Source: Candidatus Marinacidobacterium sp.
GTDB lineage: Bacteria > Acidobacteriota > Vicinamibacteria > Marinacidobacterales > Marinacidobacteraceae
Direction: 5' to 3'
DNA length: 64,000 nt
Assembly (NCBI GenBank): GCA_965220965.1
Contig: OZ244852.1
Location: 1,824,001-1,888,000, forward strand
The notes beneath the pieces were generated by a model. It was given only the letters and a program-made list of their open reading frames with translations, was not told the DNA's origin and did no database searches. How positions within the stretch are numbered: position 1 is the stretch's first letter; every line of letters begins with the position of its first letter. Both the position numbers and the translations under genes were made by a program. Below are positions 1-9,823 of this stretch, one piece after another.

Positions 1-1470
1 GGCCTGGCGCATCGGCATGTACCAGGGCGGCGGCTCGGTGTAGGCGAGGTTGTCCTGGATGTTGATCGCCTCCTCGTAGAGCGGGACCGCCTTCGCCGGG
101 TCGTCGTGGCGGGCGACGATGTCGGCTTCGAGCGCCTTCGCCGCGAGCCGCAGCATGTCCTTCGACGAGACCCGTCCCATCGAGGGCAGCGCCTCGTCCG
201 CCGAGATCGCCTCGACCCGGACGAGGTGTTCCCGGGCCCCCTCGGGATCGCCGGTGGCGGAAGCGGCCAGACCCTGGACGTAGTGCCAGATGGCGGTCTC
301 GAACATGTACTCGGCGCGCGGCATCGGCTGGCTGCGGATCACTTCCCAGCGGCCGAAGCGGGCCTCGGCGAGGAGCGGGATGGACAGGAAGAGCTGCGAG
401 TAGGAAGAGCTCTCGATCCGGTTCGGGGGCGTCTGGACCAGCACCTTGTCGCGGAGCTTGTAGGCCTGCTGGATCGCCACCGCGCTCCGGCCCTCGAACT
501 GGGCCGCGGACCAGGCGAAGTGGACGTTGTGCTGGTAGGAGCGCACCGGGTAGCGGCCCTCCTGGTCCGGCATCCCCATGTAGAGCTCGTCCACCGCGGC
601 GGCGTCGAGGTTGAAGTCGGCGGCCTCGTCGTAGTTCCCGGTCTGGACGAGGATGTGCGAGCCCATGTGGACCAGGTGAGCCGCGCCCGGCATGGTTCGC
701 GGCAGCTCCCGGGCGTAGGGCACGGCGCGGTCGAGGTTGTCGGACGCCTCGACGCCGTGGATGTAGTAGTGGATGGCGCCCGGATGCTTCGGATCCATGG
801 CGAGCGCCTTCTCGATCTGGGCGACCAGCCACTCGGTGCCCTCGCCGAGCGGCTTCCCGGCCTTGTCCCAGTAGTTCCACCGGGTCGTGTTCATCCACGC
901 CGCCGCGGCGAGCACCTGGATGTCCACGTCATCGGGGTATTTCCCGGCGAGCTCGCGGGCCGCCTCGAACCAGGCCTGGTCCAGCGGGGCGCGCTCCGCG
1001 GCCGGATCCTCGGCGTAGCGGGTGGCGAGCGCCTCGATCATGTCGCGCTCCTTCGCGGTGGCGGCGCCGGACAGCTCGCGGGCCCGGGAGATCGCCTCCC
1101 AGGCGGTCTCGAGGTCACTCTCCGCCGGCGAACCGTTGTTCAGGTACGGGCCCCAGGCGAGAGCCCGGCCCCAGTGCGCCATCGGGGAATCGTCGATGCG
1201 CGCCGACTCGTCGAACGACCGGCGGGCCTCGGCCATCCAGAAGGCGTAGACCAGGCGCAGTCCCTGATCGAAGTACTTCTGGCCGAGCTCGGAGGCGCCG
1301 CTGATCGGATAGTGGACGACGCCGAGGCCGTCATGGAGCGGGACCTCGAGATCGGCGTTCGTGGTCTCCGGCGACTCGTCGAAGGCGAGGCTGGCCGGCG
1401 CGGCGAGGAGCAGCGCGAGGAGAGCGGACGCTGGCGCGGCGAAGCGCCGCGAGGTGCATCGGAAGGGCAT
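1..1470 (-). CDS. Secreted tetratricopeptide-repeat family protein (3' end runs off the window)
   Basis: Not in the ORF track. Manual translation from ATG 1470: MPFRCTSRRFAAPASALLALLLAAPASLA (signal peptide), then GLGVVHYPIS..QKYFDQGLRLVYAF..EARRSF, HPGAIHYYIH and HMGSHI, motifs typical of this TPR family. Confidence 0.8.
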   Translation of the reverse strand, partial: MPFRCTSRRFAAPASALLALLLAAPASLAFDESPETTNADLEVPLHDGLGVVHYPISGASELGQKYFDQGLRLVYAFWMAEARRSFDESARIDDSPMAHWGRALAWGPYLNNGSPAESDLETAWEAISRARELSGAATAKERDMIEALATRYAEDPAAERAPLDQAWFEAARELAGKYPDDVDIQVLAAAAWMNTTRWNYWDKAGKPLGEGTEWLVAQIEKALAMDPKHPGAIHYYIHGVEASDNLDRAVPYARELPRTMPGAAHLVHMGSHILVQTGNYDEAADFNLDAAAVDELYMGMPDQEGRYPVRSYQHNVHFAWSAAQFEGRSAVAIQQAYKLRDKVLVQTPPNRIESSSYSQLFLSIPLLAEARFGRWEVIRSQPMPRAEYMFETAIWHYVQGLAASATGDPEGAREHLVRVEAISADEALPSMGRVSSKDMLRLAAKALEADIVARHDDPAKAVPLYEEAINIQDNLAYTEPPPWYMPMRQA

Positions 1471-1496
1471 GGTGAAGCTCCCGGGATGGATGGGGG

Positions 1497-2408
1497 TCAT
1501 TCGGAGAGGTTCCGGTAGAGGACCCGGATCACCGCATACGCCTCGGCCATGTCGGCCGAGGCGAAGCGGACGGTGTCGGGGGCGCTGCGGTCGATCTGCG
1601 GCAGCAGCGAAGCGATTTCGGCGAGGTCGAAGCGGGTGTACTGGATCTCCACCTCGACGGGCGCCTGGGGGGCCGGAAGGAAGCCGGGCCCGCCGGGCGC
1701 CGGAAGATCGGCGAGCGCCCGGGCGGCCGCCTCCCGGATGCGGGCGGCGGTCGTCTCGGGGTGCATGAGTTCGGCGGTGGTCCGCCGGATCGCCCGCTTG
1801 ACGGCGACGAACTGGATGTCGCCGAGAAGGGCGCGCATCTCGCGCACGGCCGCGTCATCGCCGGTCGCGAGCACGACCGGGACGCGGTGGTGGGCGGCGA
1901 GCGCCGCGTTCAGGCCGGCCTCCCCGGCGGGTTCGCCCGCCAGACGGATTTCCCGGATCGTGGCGCCCGAACCGGTGTGGGCCATCAGCCCGTCGGGATC
2001 CCCGGCGCGGGCGTGGTAGCCGATGAAGAACACCGCGTCGAAGTCGCCGGTGAGGCCCTGCATCATCCCGTAGGGCTTCGAGTTGTGGCTGATGAGGCGG
2101 GCCGGCGGGAGGAGTTCCTCGACGCGGACGTTGCGCATCGAGCCGTGGCTGTCGTTCACCAGGATCTCGACCGCCCCGGCGTCGAGCGCCCCCTGGATCG
2201 CGGCGTTCACATCGCTCATCACGAGATCGCGCCCGCGTTCGTACTCGGCGCCCGCAGCCGAGGTCATCTCGGGGTGGGCGATCCCGCTGATCCCCTCCAT
2301 GTCCACCGAGATGAACACCCGGAGCGCCCGCTCCTGACCCGCCGCGGAAACGGCGAGCAGCAGGGCCGCAACGAGGGGAACCGACGCGAGGCCGGCTCGC
2401 CGCAGCAC
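1497..2408 (-). CDS. dppA: M55 family D-aminopeptidase (DppA-like), with signal peptide
   Basis: ISVDMEGISG, VNDSHG, GYHA and HT zinc-ligand motifs. Confidence 0.9.
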   Translation of the reverse strand: MLRRAGLASVPLVAALLLAVSAAGQERALRVFISVDMEGISGIAHPEMTSAAGAEYERGRDLVMSDVNAAIQGALDAGAVEILVNDSHGSMRNVRVEELLPPARLISHNSKPYGMMQGLTGDFDAVFFIGYHARAGDPDGLMAHTGSGATIREIRLAGEPAGEAGLNAALAAHHRVPVVLATGDDAAVREMRALLGDIQFVAVKRAIRRTTAELMHPETTAARIREAAARALADLPAPGGPGFLPAPQAPVEVEIQYTRFDLAEIASLLPQIDRSAPDTVRFASADMAEAYAVIRVLYRNLSE

Positions 2409-2427
2409 CGGGTCGCCTGACGGATCC

Positions 2428-3384
2428 CTACGCGCCCGGCGGTGGCCGGAGCGTTTCGATCATCTCGCGCGCGATCTGCGCCTGGGCGCCGTCGGGGTCC
2501 ACCTCGAGGTATCGCTCGAAGGCCGCGAGGGCGGCGTCGTTCTGTTCGAGACGCACCCGCACCATGCCGAGCTGGAGCAGCGCCGGAGCGAAGGCCGGGT
2601 CGACCTGCGAGGCCTTCTCGTAGAACTCGGCGGCGACATCCAGCCGTTCCAGATTCGTGGCGAACACCGCGTAGTTGAAGAGGTGGACGGCGTTCGCTTC
2701 GACCAGATCCATGACCCGGTCCATCGCCCCGATGGCCGCCTCCCAGTTCTGCTGGCGGCTGTGGAGGTCGGCCACCGCGAGGATCCCGTCCTGCATCGAG
2801 GAGTCGAGCTCGAAGGCCTTCTCGTAGGAGGCGATCGCGGCCGGGAAGTCCTCGATCTGCTCCTGGGCGGCGGCGAGGTTGAACCAGCCCCCGGCGGAAC
2901 CCGGCACGAGCTCGAGGAAGCCCTGGAATTCGGTGACGGCGCGCGCATAGTCGCCGTCCTGGAAGGCCATCTGGGCCGTCTGCAGGTGCCCGTCGGCCAC
3001 GTCGGCCTGCGCCTGGCTCAGAACCCCCTCGGGCAGCGGGTGGAGCGTCTCGTTGATGATGGCCTGCCCGCCGTTCGAGACGGAGACCATCGCCTGGATC
3101 GGCTCCCAGCCCTCGAGTTCGAACGAGACCCGGTAGTTCTCGACCCGGAGGCCGGCGCGGAGGAACTCCCCGTTGTCGTTCGTGGTGACCTGGATGGGGC
3201 GCCCGCCGCCATCGGCGAGGACGATCGAGACCGCCACCTCGGGGACCGGATTGCCGTCCGGGTCCACGATCTTGCCGCGGATGGCGCCGCGCTGCGCCAG
3301 CGCGGGGGCGGCGATGAAGGAGACGAACGCGGCCGCAAGGAGCAACAGGCGGGCGGCGGAGCCGGAACGCGGCGTGGTCAGCAC
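2428..3384 (-). CDS. Secreted protein: carboxypeptidase-regulatory-like domain plus TPR repeats
   Basis: AGGAGG RBS before GTG 3384; signal peptide; GAIRGKIVDPDGNPV..TNDNGEF domain followed by TPR helices. Confidence 0.8.
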   Translation of the reverse strand: MLTTPRSGSAARLLLLAAAFVSFIAAPALAQRGAIRGKIVDPDGNPVPEVAVSIVLADGGGRPIQVTTNDNGEFLRAGLRVENYRVSFELEGWEPIQAMVSVSNGGQAIINETLHPLPEGVLSQAQADVADGHLQTAQMAFQDGDYARAVTEFQGFLELVPGSAGGWFNLAAAQEQIEDFPAAIASYEKAFELDSSMQDGILAVADLHSRQQNWEAAIGAMDRVMDLVEANAVHLFNYAVFATNLERLDVAAEFYEKASQVDPAFAPALLQLGMVRVRLEQNDAALAAFERYLEVDPDGAQAQIAREMIETLRPPPGA

Positions 3385-3467
3385 GGTGAGCGGTCCTCCT
3401 TGACGGCCGGACGGGGCCGCAATTGTAGCCGGGGCCAGACAGCCGGCCTGACGCCCCGAGGCGCCGG

Positions 3468-4037
3468 TCAGGAAAGGTCTTCGGCGAGCGCGGCGCGCTG
3501 GTCGTCGGTCAGATCGGCCTCGACCTCGAGCGCGGGGAGCGAGCAGCCGACCGCCACCGGCGTCCGGCCTCCGGCGTCGAACCGCAGGTACTGGACCGAG
3601 GAGAGGCGATCGTCCCCGACCTGCCGCGGATCGAACGTCGCCGGAACCGTCGAGCCGTCCGCAAAGCGGAGGTAGAGGTGGTCCACCAGCCCGAGCCACT
3701 CCCGGAGCAGGCGGTCCCGCTCGGCCGGGTCGGCGATCTCGATCAGCAGCGTGCAGCCGAGCTCGCCGGGGCCCCCGAGGAGCTCGTTGTAGGTCCGGAT
3801 CTCGTGCTGGATGTCCGATTCGCGCACCATGCGCTCCACCCGGACCATCTCGAGGACCTGGTAGCGGATCGTCTCGTGGTTCTCGAACAGGAAGGTGAGA
3901 TAACGGCCGACATGGACCCGGCGCCGGTCCTTCGCGGCCATCGCCGAGGCGCGGATCGCCGAGCGCTGGTCCCCGTAGGTCTGGTAGTCGAGGATCTCCT
4001 CCCGACGGATCGGGTGCCGGGCGCGGGTGAAGCCCAC
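3468..4037 (-). CDS. DUF3501 family protein
   Basis: FLFENHETIRYQVLEM, YNELL and SSVQYLRF motifs; conserved position after the rubrerythrin and Fe-S genes. Confidence 0.85.
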   Translation of the reverse strand: MGFTRARHPIRREEILDYQTYGDQRSAIRASAMAAKDRRRVHVGRYLTFLFENHETIRYQVLEMVRVERMVRESDIQHEIRTYNELLGGPGELGCTLLIEIADPAERDRLLREWLGLVDHLYLRFADGSTVPATFDPRQVGDDRLSSVQYLRFDAGGRTPVAVGCSLPALEVEADLTDDQRAALAEDLS

Positions 4038-4041
4038 GGCG

Positions 4042-5457
4042 TCAGTCTTCCTCTGCGGGCGGAATGCGGGTCTCGAACCCGTCCGGCCGGTAGGCGCGGG
4101 CCAGCAGCGTCATCGAATGAAGCGGCTTCTTCCCGGCGTGCTGCTCGAACTGGATGGCGGCGAGCGGGCAGTCGGTCGCCCAGACGTCGGCTTCAGCCTG
4201 GTTCATCGAGTCGAAGGCCTTCTGGCCGGCCTTCCGCGAGGGCTCGAAACCCTCGGTCTTCATGGCCCAGGTCCCGTCGTGGCCGGAACACTCGAGCGTG
4301 GCCACCGGGGTGACCCCGGGGATCTTGCGGATCAGGTCGCGGGCCCGGAATCCGACGCCCTGCGCCCGGAGGTGGCAGGGAGCGTGGTAGGCGACCCGCG
4401 CCCCCGGGCTGGAGCGGAAGTCCGTGTTGAACCGGGGTTCGCGCCGGATGCTCCAGAGGTGCTCCGAGGGATCGCGCACCGCCTCCGCCAGCCGGGCGGC
4501 GCGCTCCCGGTCGGCGGGTTCCACCAGCGTCGGGTAGTCGCGGCGCATGAGCATCGAGCAGGTGGGGTTCACCGCGATCACGATCGCGCCCGCCTCCACG
4601 AAGGGAGCGAGAAGGTCGAGGTTGCGCCGGGCCGAGCGGCGGAGCCCGTCGAGGTCCCCCGATTCCCAGGCGGGCATCCCGCAGCAGCCGAGCCCCTGGG
4701 GGCAGTCCGTCCCGACTCCGTTCCGGTCGAGCACCTCGAGGGTGTCCCGCCCGATGTCCGGCTCGTTGTTCTGGACGTAACAGGTCGGGAACAGGACCGC
4801 CTCGCGCTCGCCGGGCGCGCCCGCCGGCCGGGCGCTCTTCGCCCAGTCGTCGAACGACTCGCGGGCGAAGGGCGGGAGGAGCTTGTCCCGGTGGATCCCG
4901 ACGAGCTTCTCCATGCAGTAGCGGGCCGGGCGGGATTCGAGCAGCGGCGCGGCGAACGCCGGCGTCCGGCGCTGAAGGCGTCCGGCGCGGTCCGGATCGG
5001 TCAGGAACCGCTCGCGCAGCGCCTCCCTGCCCCCGGGAGGATCGAGCTTCCGCTGGACGGCGGCGTGCCGGTGCACCAGGTTCGGGAAGTCGAGCTGGAA
5101 CTCGTGCCCCTTGCGGGGGGTGTAGGGGCAGGCGAACTCGCACTGCTTGCACTGGAAGCACTCGTCCAGGACCTGGCCGCGCTCTGCGCCATCGAGCGCG
5201 CGCGGGTCGCCGTCCTTCGCCTCGTCGATGATCTGGAACAGATCCCGGAAGGTGTCGCAGTACTTGAAGCACATGCGGCACCCGTGGCAAATGTCGAAGG
5301 CGCGCTCGACTTCCTTTCGGAGGCCATCGGCGTCCCAGTAGCGGTCCTCCGCGGGGTCGTAGGTGAGTTCCGGCCCGGGAAGCACCGAAACCGGGGCGCC
5401 GCCGGGGGGCTTCGGAGGAACGACCGAAGGGTCCTTCGGGCGATGGGGATGGCTCAC
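4042..5457 (-). CDS. Rubrerythrin-associated Fe-S oxidoreductase (GlpC/HdrD-like, CCG domains)
   Basis: [11 protein letters not shown] and [12 protein letters not shown] ferredoxin motifs; CCGMP and CSGHDG CCG domains. Confidence 0.88.
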   Translation of the reverse strand: MSHPHRPKDPSVVPPKPPGGAPVSVLPGPELTYDPAEDRYWDADGLRKEVERAFDICHGCRMCFKYCDTFRDLFQIIDEAKDGDPRALDGAERGQVLDECFQCKQCEFACPYTPRKGHEFQLDFPNLVHRHAAVQRKLDPPGGREALRERFLTDPDRAGRLQRRTPAFAAPLLESRPARYCMEKLVGIHRDKLLPPFARESFDDWAKSARPAGAPGEREAVLFPTCYVQNNEPDIGRDTLEVLDRNGVGTDCPQGLGCCGMPAWESGDLDGLRRSARRNLDLLAPFVEAGAIVIAVNPTCSMLMRRDYPTLVEPADRERAARLAEAVRDPSEHLWSIRREPRFNTDFRSSPGARVAYHAPCHLRAQGVGFRARDLIRKIPGVTPVATLECSGHDGTWAMKTEGFEPSRKAGQKAFDSMNQAEADVWATDCPLAAIQFEQHAGKKPLHSMTLLARAYRPDGFETRIPPAEED

Positions 5458-5547
5458 AGCGGAGTCCCGGGGGACAGGAGGCGATCCGCGGGCCGGCGCC
5501 AGGGGCCGGGCATCACGGAGCGGACGCCGGCGCGCGCGGAACCGCGC

Positions 5548-5967
5548 TCAGCCCAGATCGTCCAGGAGCGCCTGGAACCGTCCGGCGTGGGACTTCTCCG
5601 CCTTGGCGAGCGTCTCGAACCAGTCGGCGATCTCGGCGAACCCCTCCTCGCGGGCGGTCTTCGCCATCCCCGGGTACATGTCGGTGTACTCGTAGGTCTC
5701 GCCGGCGACCGCCGCCGCGAGGTTCTGGGAGGTGTCGCCCATCGGAAGGTCGGTGGCGGGATCGCCCACCGGCTTCAGGTAGTCCAGATGGCCATGCGCG
5801 TGCCCCGTCTCCCCTTCGGCAGTCTCGCGGAAGTTCCCCGCAACCTCGGGGTAGCCCTCGATGTCCGCCACCTTGGCGAAGTAGAGGTAGCGGCGGTTCG
5901 CCTGGGATTCCCCGGCGAAGGCGTCCTTGAGGTTCTGGTGGGTCCTGGTGCCTTTCAGGCTGGCCAT
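5548..5967 (-). CDS. rbr: Rubrerythrin (short form, no rubredoxin domain)
   Basis: [29 protein letters not shown] and EKSHA di-iron motifs. Confidence 0.95.
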   Translation of the reverse strand: MASLKGTRTHQNLKDAFAGESQANRRYLYFAKVADIEGYPEVAGNFRETAEGETGHAHGHLDYLKPVGDPATDLPMGDTSQNLAAAVAGETYEYTDMYPGMAKTAREEGFAEIADWFETLAKAEKSHAGRFQALLDDLG

Positions 5968-6089
5968 GCTGGATGTTCTCCCGGGATCGTTTCCCTGCGG
6001 CGGACTGGCGAAGAGGGGCCCCGGACGGCTTCCGCGACCCCTTCGGGGTCAGTCTAACGGCGCCGGTCAGGATGCGGGATAATTCGGAA

Positions 6090-7328
6090 ATGGCGACGAC
6101 ACGACGGGAAGCGCTCGGCCGGCTGGCGGGCGCCGGGGCCGCGATCGCCGCGCCCGCGGCGCTGGCCACCGGTGGGCAGGACGCCCCGAAACGGCGGCCG
6201 AGAGCGCCGGAAGACCCGACCAAGATGCAGGGGCGGTTCCCGAGCGAGCTGGGAACGAGGTCCCCCTTCGAGACGCCGGAGCGGCTGGTGAGCCGGCCGG
6301 ACTACTCCTCGTCCTCGCGGACCCCCCTCCACGAGCTGCAGGGGATCGTGACCCCGGCGGATCTCCACTTCGAGCGGCACCACGCCGGCATCCCGAACAT
6401 CGATCCCGAGCGCTGGGAACTGCTCATCCACGGGATGGTGGACGAGCCGCGCGCGTTCCGGCTCGCCGACCTGAAGCGGTTCCCCGCCGAGTCGCGCCTC
6501 CGTTTCCTGGAGTGCTCGGGCAACGGCGGGACGGCCTACCAGAACCGGGGACGGCGCCGCGACATGAGCCCGCAGGACATGGACGGCCTGACGAGCACGA
6601 GCGAGTGGACCGGGGTCCCGCTGAAGCTGCTGTTCCGCGAGGTCGGGGCCCGGCCGGAAGCCACCTGGTTCCTCGCCGAAGGGATGGACGCGGCGGTCAT
6701 GACCCGCTCGGTGCCGATGGAGAAGGCGTGGGACGACGCGATCATCGCCTACGCCCAGAACGGCGAGCCGCTCCGCCCGGAGCAGGGCTATCCGGCCCGG
6801 CTCTTCCTCCCCGGCTGGGAAGGCAACGCCTGCGTGAAGTGGATCCGGCGGCTGGAGCTGTCCGACCGGCCGTTCATGACCCGGGAGGAGACCTCGAAGT
6901 ACACCGATCCGCTCCCCGGCGGGAAGGCGCGGATGTTCAGTTTCGGGATGGACGCCAAGTCGCTCCTCACCTTCCCCACCTATCCGGCGCGGCTGGATGG
7001 TCCCGGCTGGTGGGAGATCCGGGGGATCGCCTGGACCGGTCGCGGGAAGATCACCCGGGTGGAGATCTCGACCGACGGCGGGCGAAGCTGGGAAGACGCC
7101 GAGCTTCAGGAACCGGTTCTGCCCAAGTGCCACGTGCGGTTCCGGAAGCTGTGGAACTGGGACGGACGCCGGGCCACGCTGATCAGCCGGGCCACCGACG
7201 AGACCGGATACGTCCAGCCGACGCGCGAGCAACTTCATGCGGCGCGGGGCTCCTTCACCCGGTACCACTTCAACCAGCTCCGGCCCTGGACCGTCGAGCC
7301 CGACGGCCAGGTCTTCTTTGCCGGCTAG
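6090..7328 (+). CDS. soxC: Sulfite dehydrogenase / SoxC-type molybdoenzyme with Tat signal
   Basis: TRREAL twin-arginine leader; HFERHHAG, FLECSGNG (Mo-ligating Cys), QNGEPLRPEQGYP and SRATDETGYVQP. Confidence 0.9.
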   Translation: MATTRREALGRLAGAGAAIAAPAALATGGQDAPKRRPRAPEDPTKMQGRFPSELGTRSPFETPERLVSRPDYSSSSRTPLHELQGIVTPADLHFERHHAGIPNIDPERWELLIHGMVDEPRAFRLADLKRFPAESRLRFLECSGNGGTAYQNRGRRRDMSPQDMDGLTSTSEWTGVPLKLLFREVGARPEATWFLAEGMDAAVMTRSVPMEKAWDDAIIAYAQNGEPLRPEQGYPARLFLPGWEGNACVKWIRRLELSDRPFMTREETSKYTDPLPGGKARMFSFGMDAKSLLTFPTYPARLDGPGWWEIRGIAWTGRGKITRVEISTDGGRSWEDAELQEPVLPKCHVRFRKLWNWDGRRATLISRATDETGYVQPTREQLHAARGSFTRYHFNQLRPWTVEPDGQVFFAG

Positions 7329-7332
7329 GTTC

Positions 7333-8040
7333 ATGCCGCGGGCGGGCGCCCTGCTCGTCGTCCTGCTCGGCTGCGGCGGGCCGCCTTCCGAGACGCAGTC
7401 GCCGGCGGCCGAGCCGGCCGCCCCGGCGCCTCCGCCACCCGCCCCGCCGCGGCCCGAACTCCACCCGGGCATGCCGGGGCTGCTGAACCAGGCGGAGCTC
7501 GAGGCGCTGGACCGGGCGCGGGAGCAGGGACTCGCTGCGATCCAGGATCTCCCCGACTTCGGCTTCGGGACCCCGGCGAGCCCGGAGCGGATCGCGGCGT
7601 GGGACATCGACATCGGTCCGGAAGGGGAGGGTCTGCCCGCCGGACGGGGCTCGGTGGAGGAGGGCGAGGCCCTCTACCGGGTCCAGTGCGTCCAGTGCCA
7701 CGGCGCCCGGGGCGAGGGCGCCGACTACGAGGCGCTCGCCGCGCGGGCGCCGGACGACCGCTTCGCCTTCGCCGAGGACCGCAGCACGCCGATCACGGTC
7801 GGGAGCTACTGGCCCTACGCGACGACGCTCTACGACTACATCTACCGGGCGATGCCGCAGGCGGCCCCCGGCACCCTCCCCCCGGACCACGTCTACGCGC
7901 TGACCGCGTTCATCCTCCACCTGAACGGGATCCTCGAGCCCGGCGATTCGCTGGACCGCGAGTCCCTGCCCCGGATCGTGATGCCGTCCCGCGACCGTTT
8001 CGTCCGCGACGACCGGCGCGGAGGCCCCGAAGTCCGGTGA
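7333..8040 (+). CDS. soxD: SoxD-like monoheme cytochrome c, probable lipoprotein
   Basis: LLGC lipobox; WDIDI.P.G.GLP.G.GS; CVQCHG; GSYWPYATT.YDYI.RAMP. Confidence 0.85.
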   Translation: MPRAGALLVVLLGCGGPPSETQSPAAEPAAPAPPPPAPPRPELHPGMPGLLNQAELEALDRAREQGLAAIQDLPDFGFGTPASPERIAAWDIDIGPEGEGLPAGRGSVEEGEALYRVQCVQCHGARGEGADYEALAARAPDDRFAFAEDRSTPITVGSYWPYATTLYDYIYRAMPQAAPGTLPPDHVYALTAFILHLNGILEPGDSLDRESLPRIVMPSRDRFVRDDRRGGPEVR

Positions 8041-9746
8041 CCGGCCCGCCCGACGACCCCGAGCCGCGCGGCGGGGCCGGCCGGGAAGCCGCCGCCCCGG
8101 ACTTCATCCGCGCCATCATCGCGGAGGACCGGGCCGCCGGGCGGAACGGCGGCCGGGTGGGGACGCGCTTTCCCCCGGAGCCCAACGGGTTCCTCCACAT
8201 CGGCCACGCCAAGTCGATCGTGCTGAACTTCGGCGTCGCCGAAGAGAACGGCGGAACCTGTTTCCTCCGCTACGACGACACGAATCCGGCCCGCGAGGAG
8301 CAGCTTTACGTGGACGCGATCGCGCGCGACGTCGAATGGCTGGGCTACCGCTGGGCGGGCGAACCGCGGTTCGCCTCGGACCACTTCGAGAGGCTCTACG
8401 AGTTCGCCGAGACGCTGATCCGGCGCGGCAAGGCCTACGTGGACAGCCTGAGCGCCGAGGAGGTCCGGGCGCTCCGGGGGACGCTGGAAGAGCCCGGGAC
8501 CGAGAGCCCCTACCGCGACCGGAACGTCGAGGAGAACCTCGACCTGTTCCGTCGGATGCGCGCCGGCGAGTTCCCCGATGGATCCCACGTGCTGCGCGCC
8601 CGGATCGACATGGCGTCCCCGAACCTGAACCTGCGGGACCCCACGCTCTACCGGATCCGGCGGCTCCACCACCACCGGACGGGCGACGACTGGCGCATCT
8701 ATCCGATGTACGACTTCGCCCACGCGCTCTCGGACGCGCTCGAGGAGATCACCCACTCGCTGTGCACGCTCGAGTTCGAAGACCACCGGCCGCTCTACGA
8801 CTGGTGCGTCGCCGAGAGCCGCGCGGCGTTCGTCCCCCGCCAGATCGAGTTCGCCCGCCTGAACCTGAGCTACACCGTGCTCAGCAAGCGCCGGCTGCTC
8901 CGGCTCGTCGAGGAAGGGGTGGTTGCGGGGTGGGACGACCCCCGGATGCCCACGATCGCCGGGCTCCGGCGGCGGGGCGTTCCGCCGGGGGCGATCCGGG
9001 CGTTCTGCGAGCGCATCGGCGTCGCGAAGCGCGACAGCACGGTGGACATCGCGCTGCTGGAACACGCGGTCCGGGAGGAGCTGAACCGCACCAGCCGGCG
9101 GCTCATGGGCGTCCTCGACCCGGTGCGCCTCATCGTCGAGAACTACCCGGAAGACGAGGTCGAGTTCTTCGAGGTCGGGAACAACCCGGAAGACCCCTCG
9201 GCGGGCGCGCGACAGGTCCCGTTCTCGCGGGAGCTGTACATCGAACGCGGCGACTTTCTGGAGGAGGCCCCCCGGAAGTGGTTCCGGCTCTCGCCCGACC
9301 GGGAGGTGCGGCTCCGGTCGGCGTTCCTCGTGACCTGCACCGGCTTCGAGCGGGACGCGGCGGGGGAGCTCACCGAGGTCCGCTGCCGGCTGGACCCCGC
9401 CAGCCGGGGCGGGAGCTCTCCCGACGGACGACGGGTCCGCGGGACGCTCCACTGGGTTTCCGCCCGCCACGCGGTTCCGGTGGAGACGCGGCTCTGTGAC
9501 CGGCTGTTCCGCACCGAGGAGCCCGGCCGGAGCGGCGACTTCCTCGCCGACCTGAACCCGGACTCGATGCGGAAAGTGAAGGCGCAGGTGGAGCCGGCGG
9601 TCCGGGAGCTCGGTCCCGGGGACCGGATCCAGCTCGAGCGCCTCGGCTACTTCGTCGCCGACCCGGACTCCGCGCCCGGCGCTCCGGTGCTGAACCGGAC
9701 CGTCACCCTGCGCGACGCCTGGGCCCGCCTCCGGAAGCGCGGCTGA
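8037..9746 (+). CDS. glnS: Glutamine--tRNA ligase
   Basis: TRFPPEPNGFLHIGH, YPMYDFAH, LCTLEFEDHR and LSKR motifs; GTGA overlap with soxD. Confidence 0.95.
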   Translation: MTGPPDDPEPRGGAGREAAAPDFIRAIIAEDRAAGRNGGRVGTRFPPEPNGFLHIGHAKSIVLNFGVAEENGGTCFLRYDDTNPAREEQLYVDAIARDVEWLGYRWAGEPRFASDHFERLYEFAETLIRRGKAYVDSLSAEEVRALRGTLEEPGTESPYRDRNVEENLDLFRRMRAGEFPDGSHVLRARIDMASPNLNLRDPTLYRIRRLHHHRTGDDWRIYPMYDFAHALSDALEEITHSLCTLEFEDHRPLYDWCVAESRAAFVPRQIEFARLNLSYTVLSKRRLLRLVEEGVVAGWDDPRMPTIAGLRRRGVPPGAIRAFCERIGVAKRDSTVDIALLEHAVREELNRTSRRLMGVLDPVRLIVENYPEDEVEFFEVGNNPEDPSAGARQVPFSRELYIERGDFLEEAPRKWFRLSPDREVRLRSAFLVTCTGFERDAAGELTEVRCRLDPASRGGSSPDGRRVRGTLHWVSARHAVPVETRLCDRLFRTEEPGRSGDFLADLNPDSMRKVKAQVEPAVRELGPGDRIQLERLGYFVADPDSAPGAPVLNRTVTLRDAWARLRKRG

Positions 9747-9823
9747 CCGCCTCGCGGTTCCGGGACGGGGACCCGCATAGGATTCGGGGCCTCCACGCTG
9801 CCCTGTTTCCGGGAGGTCCGCCG

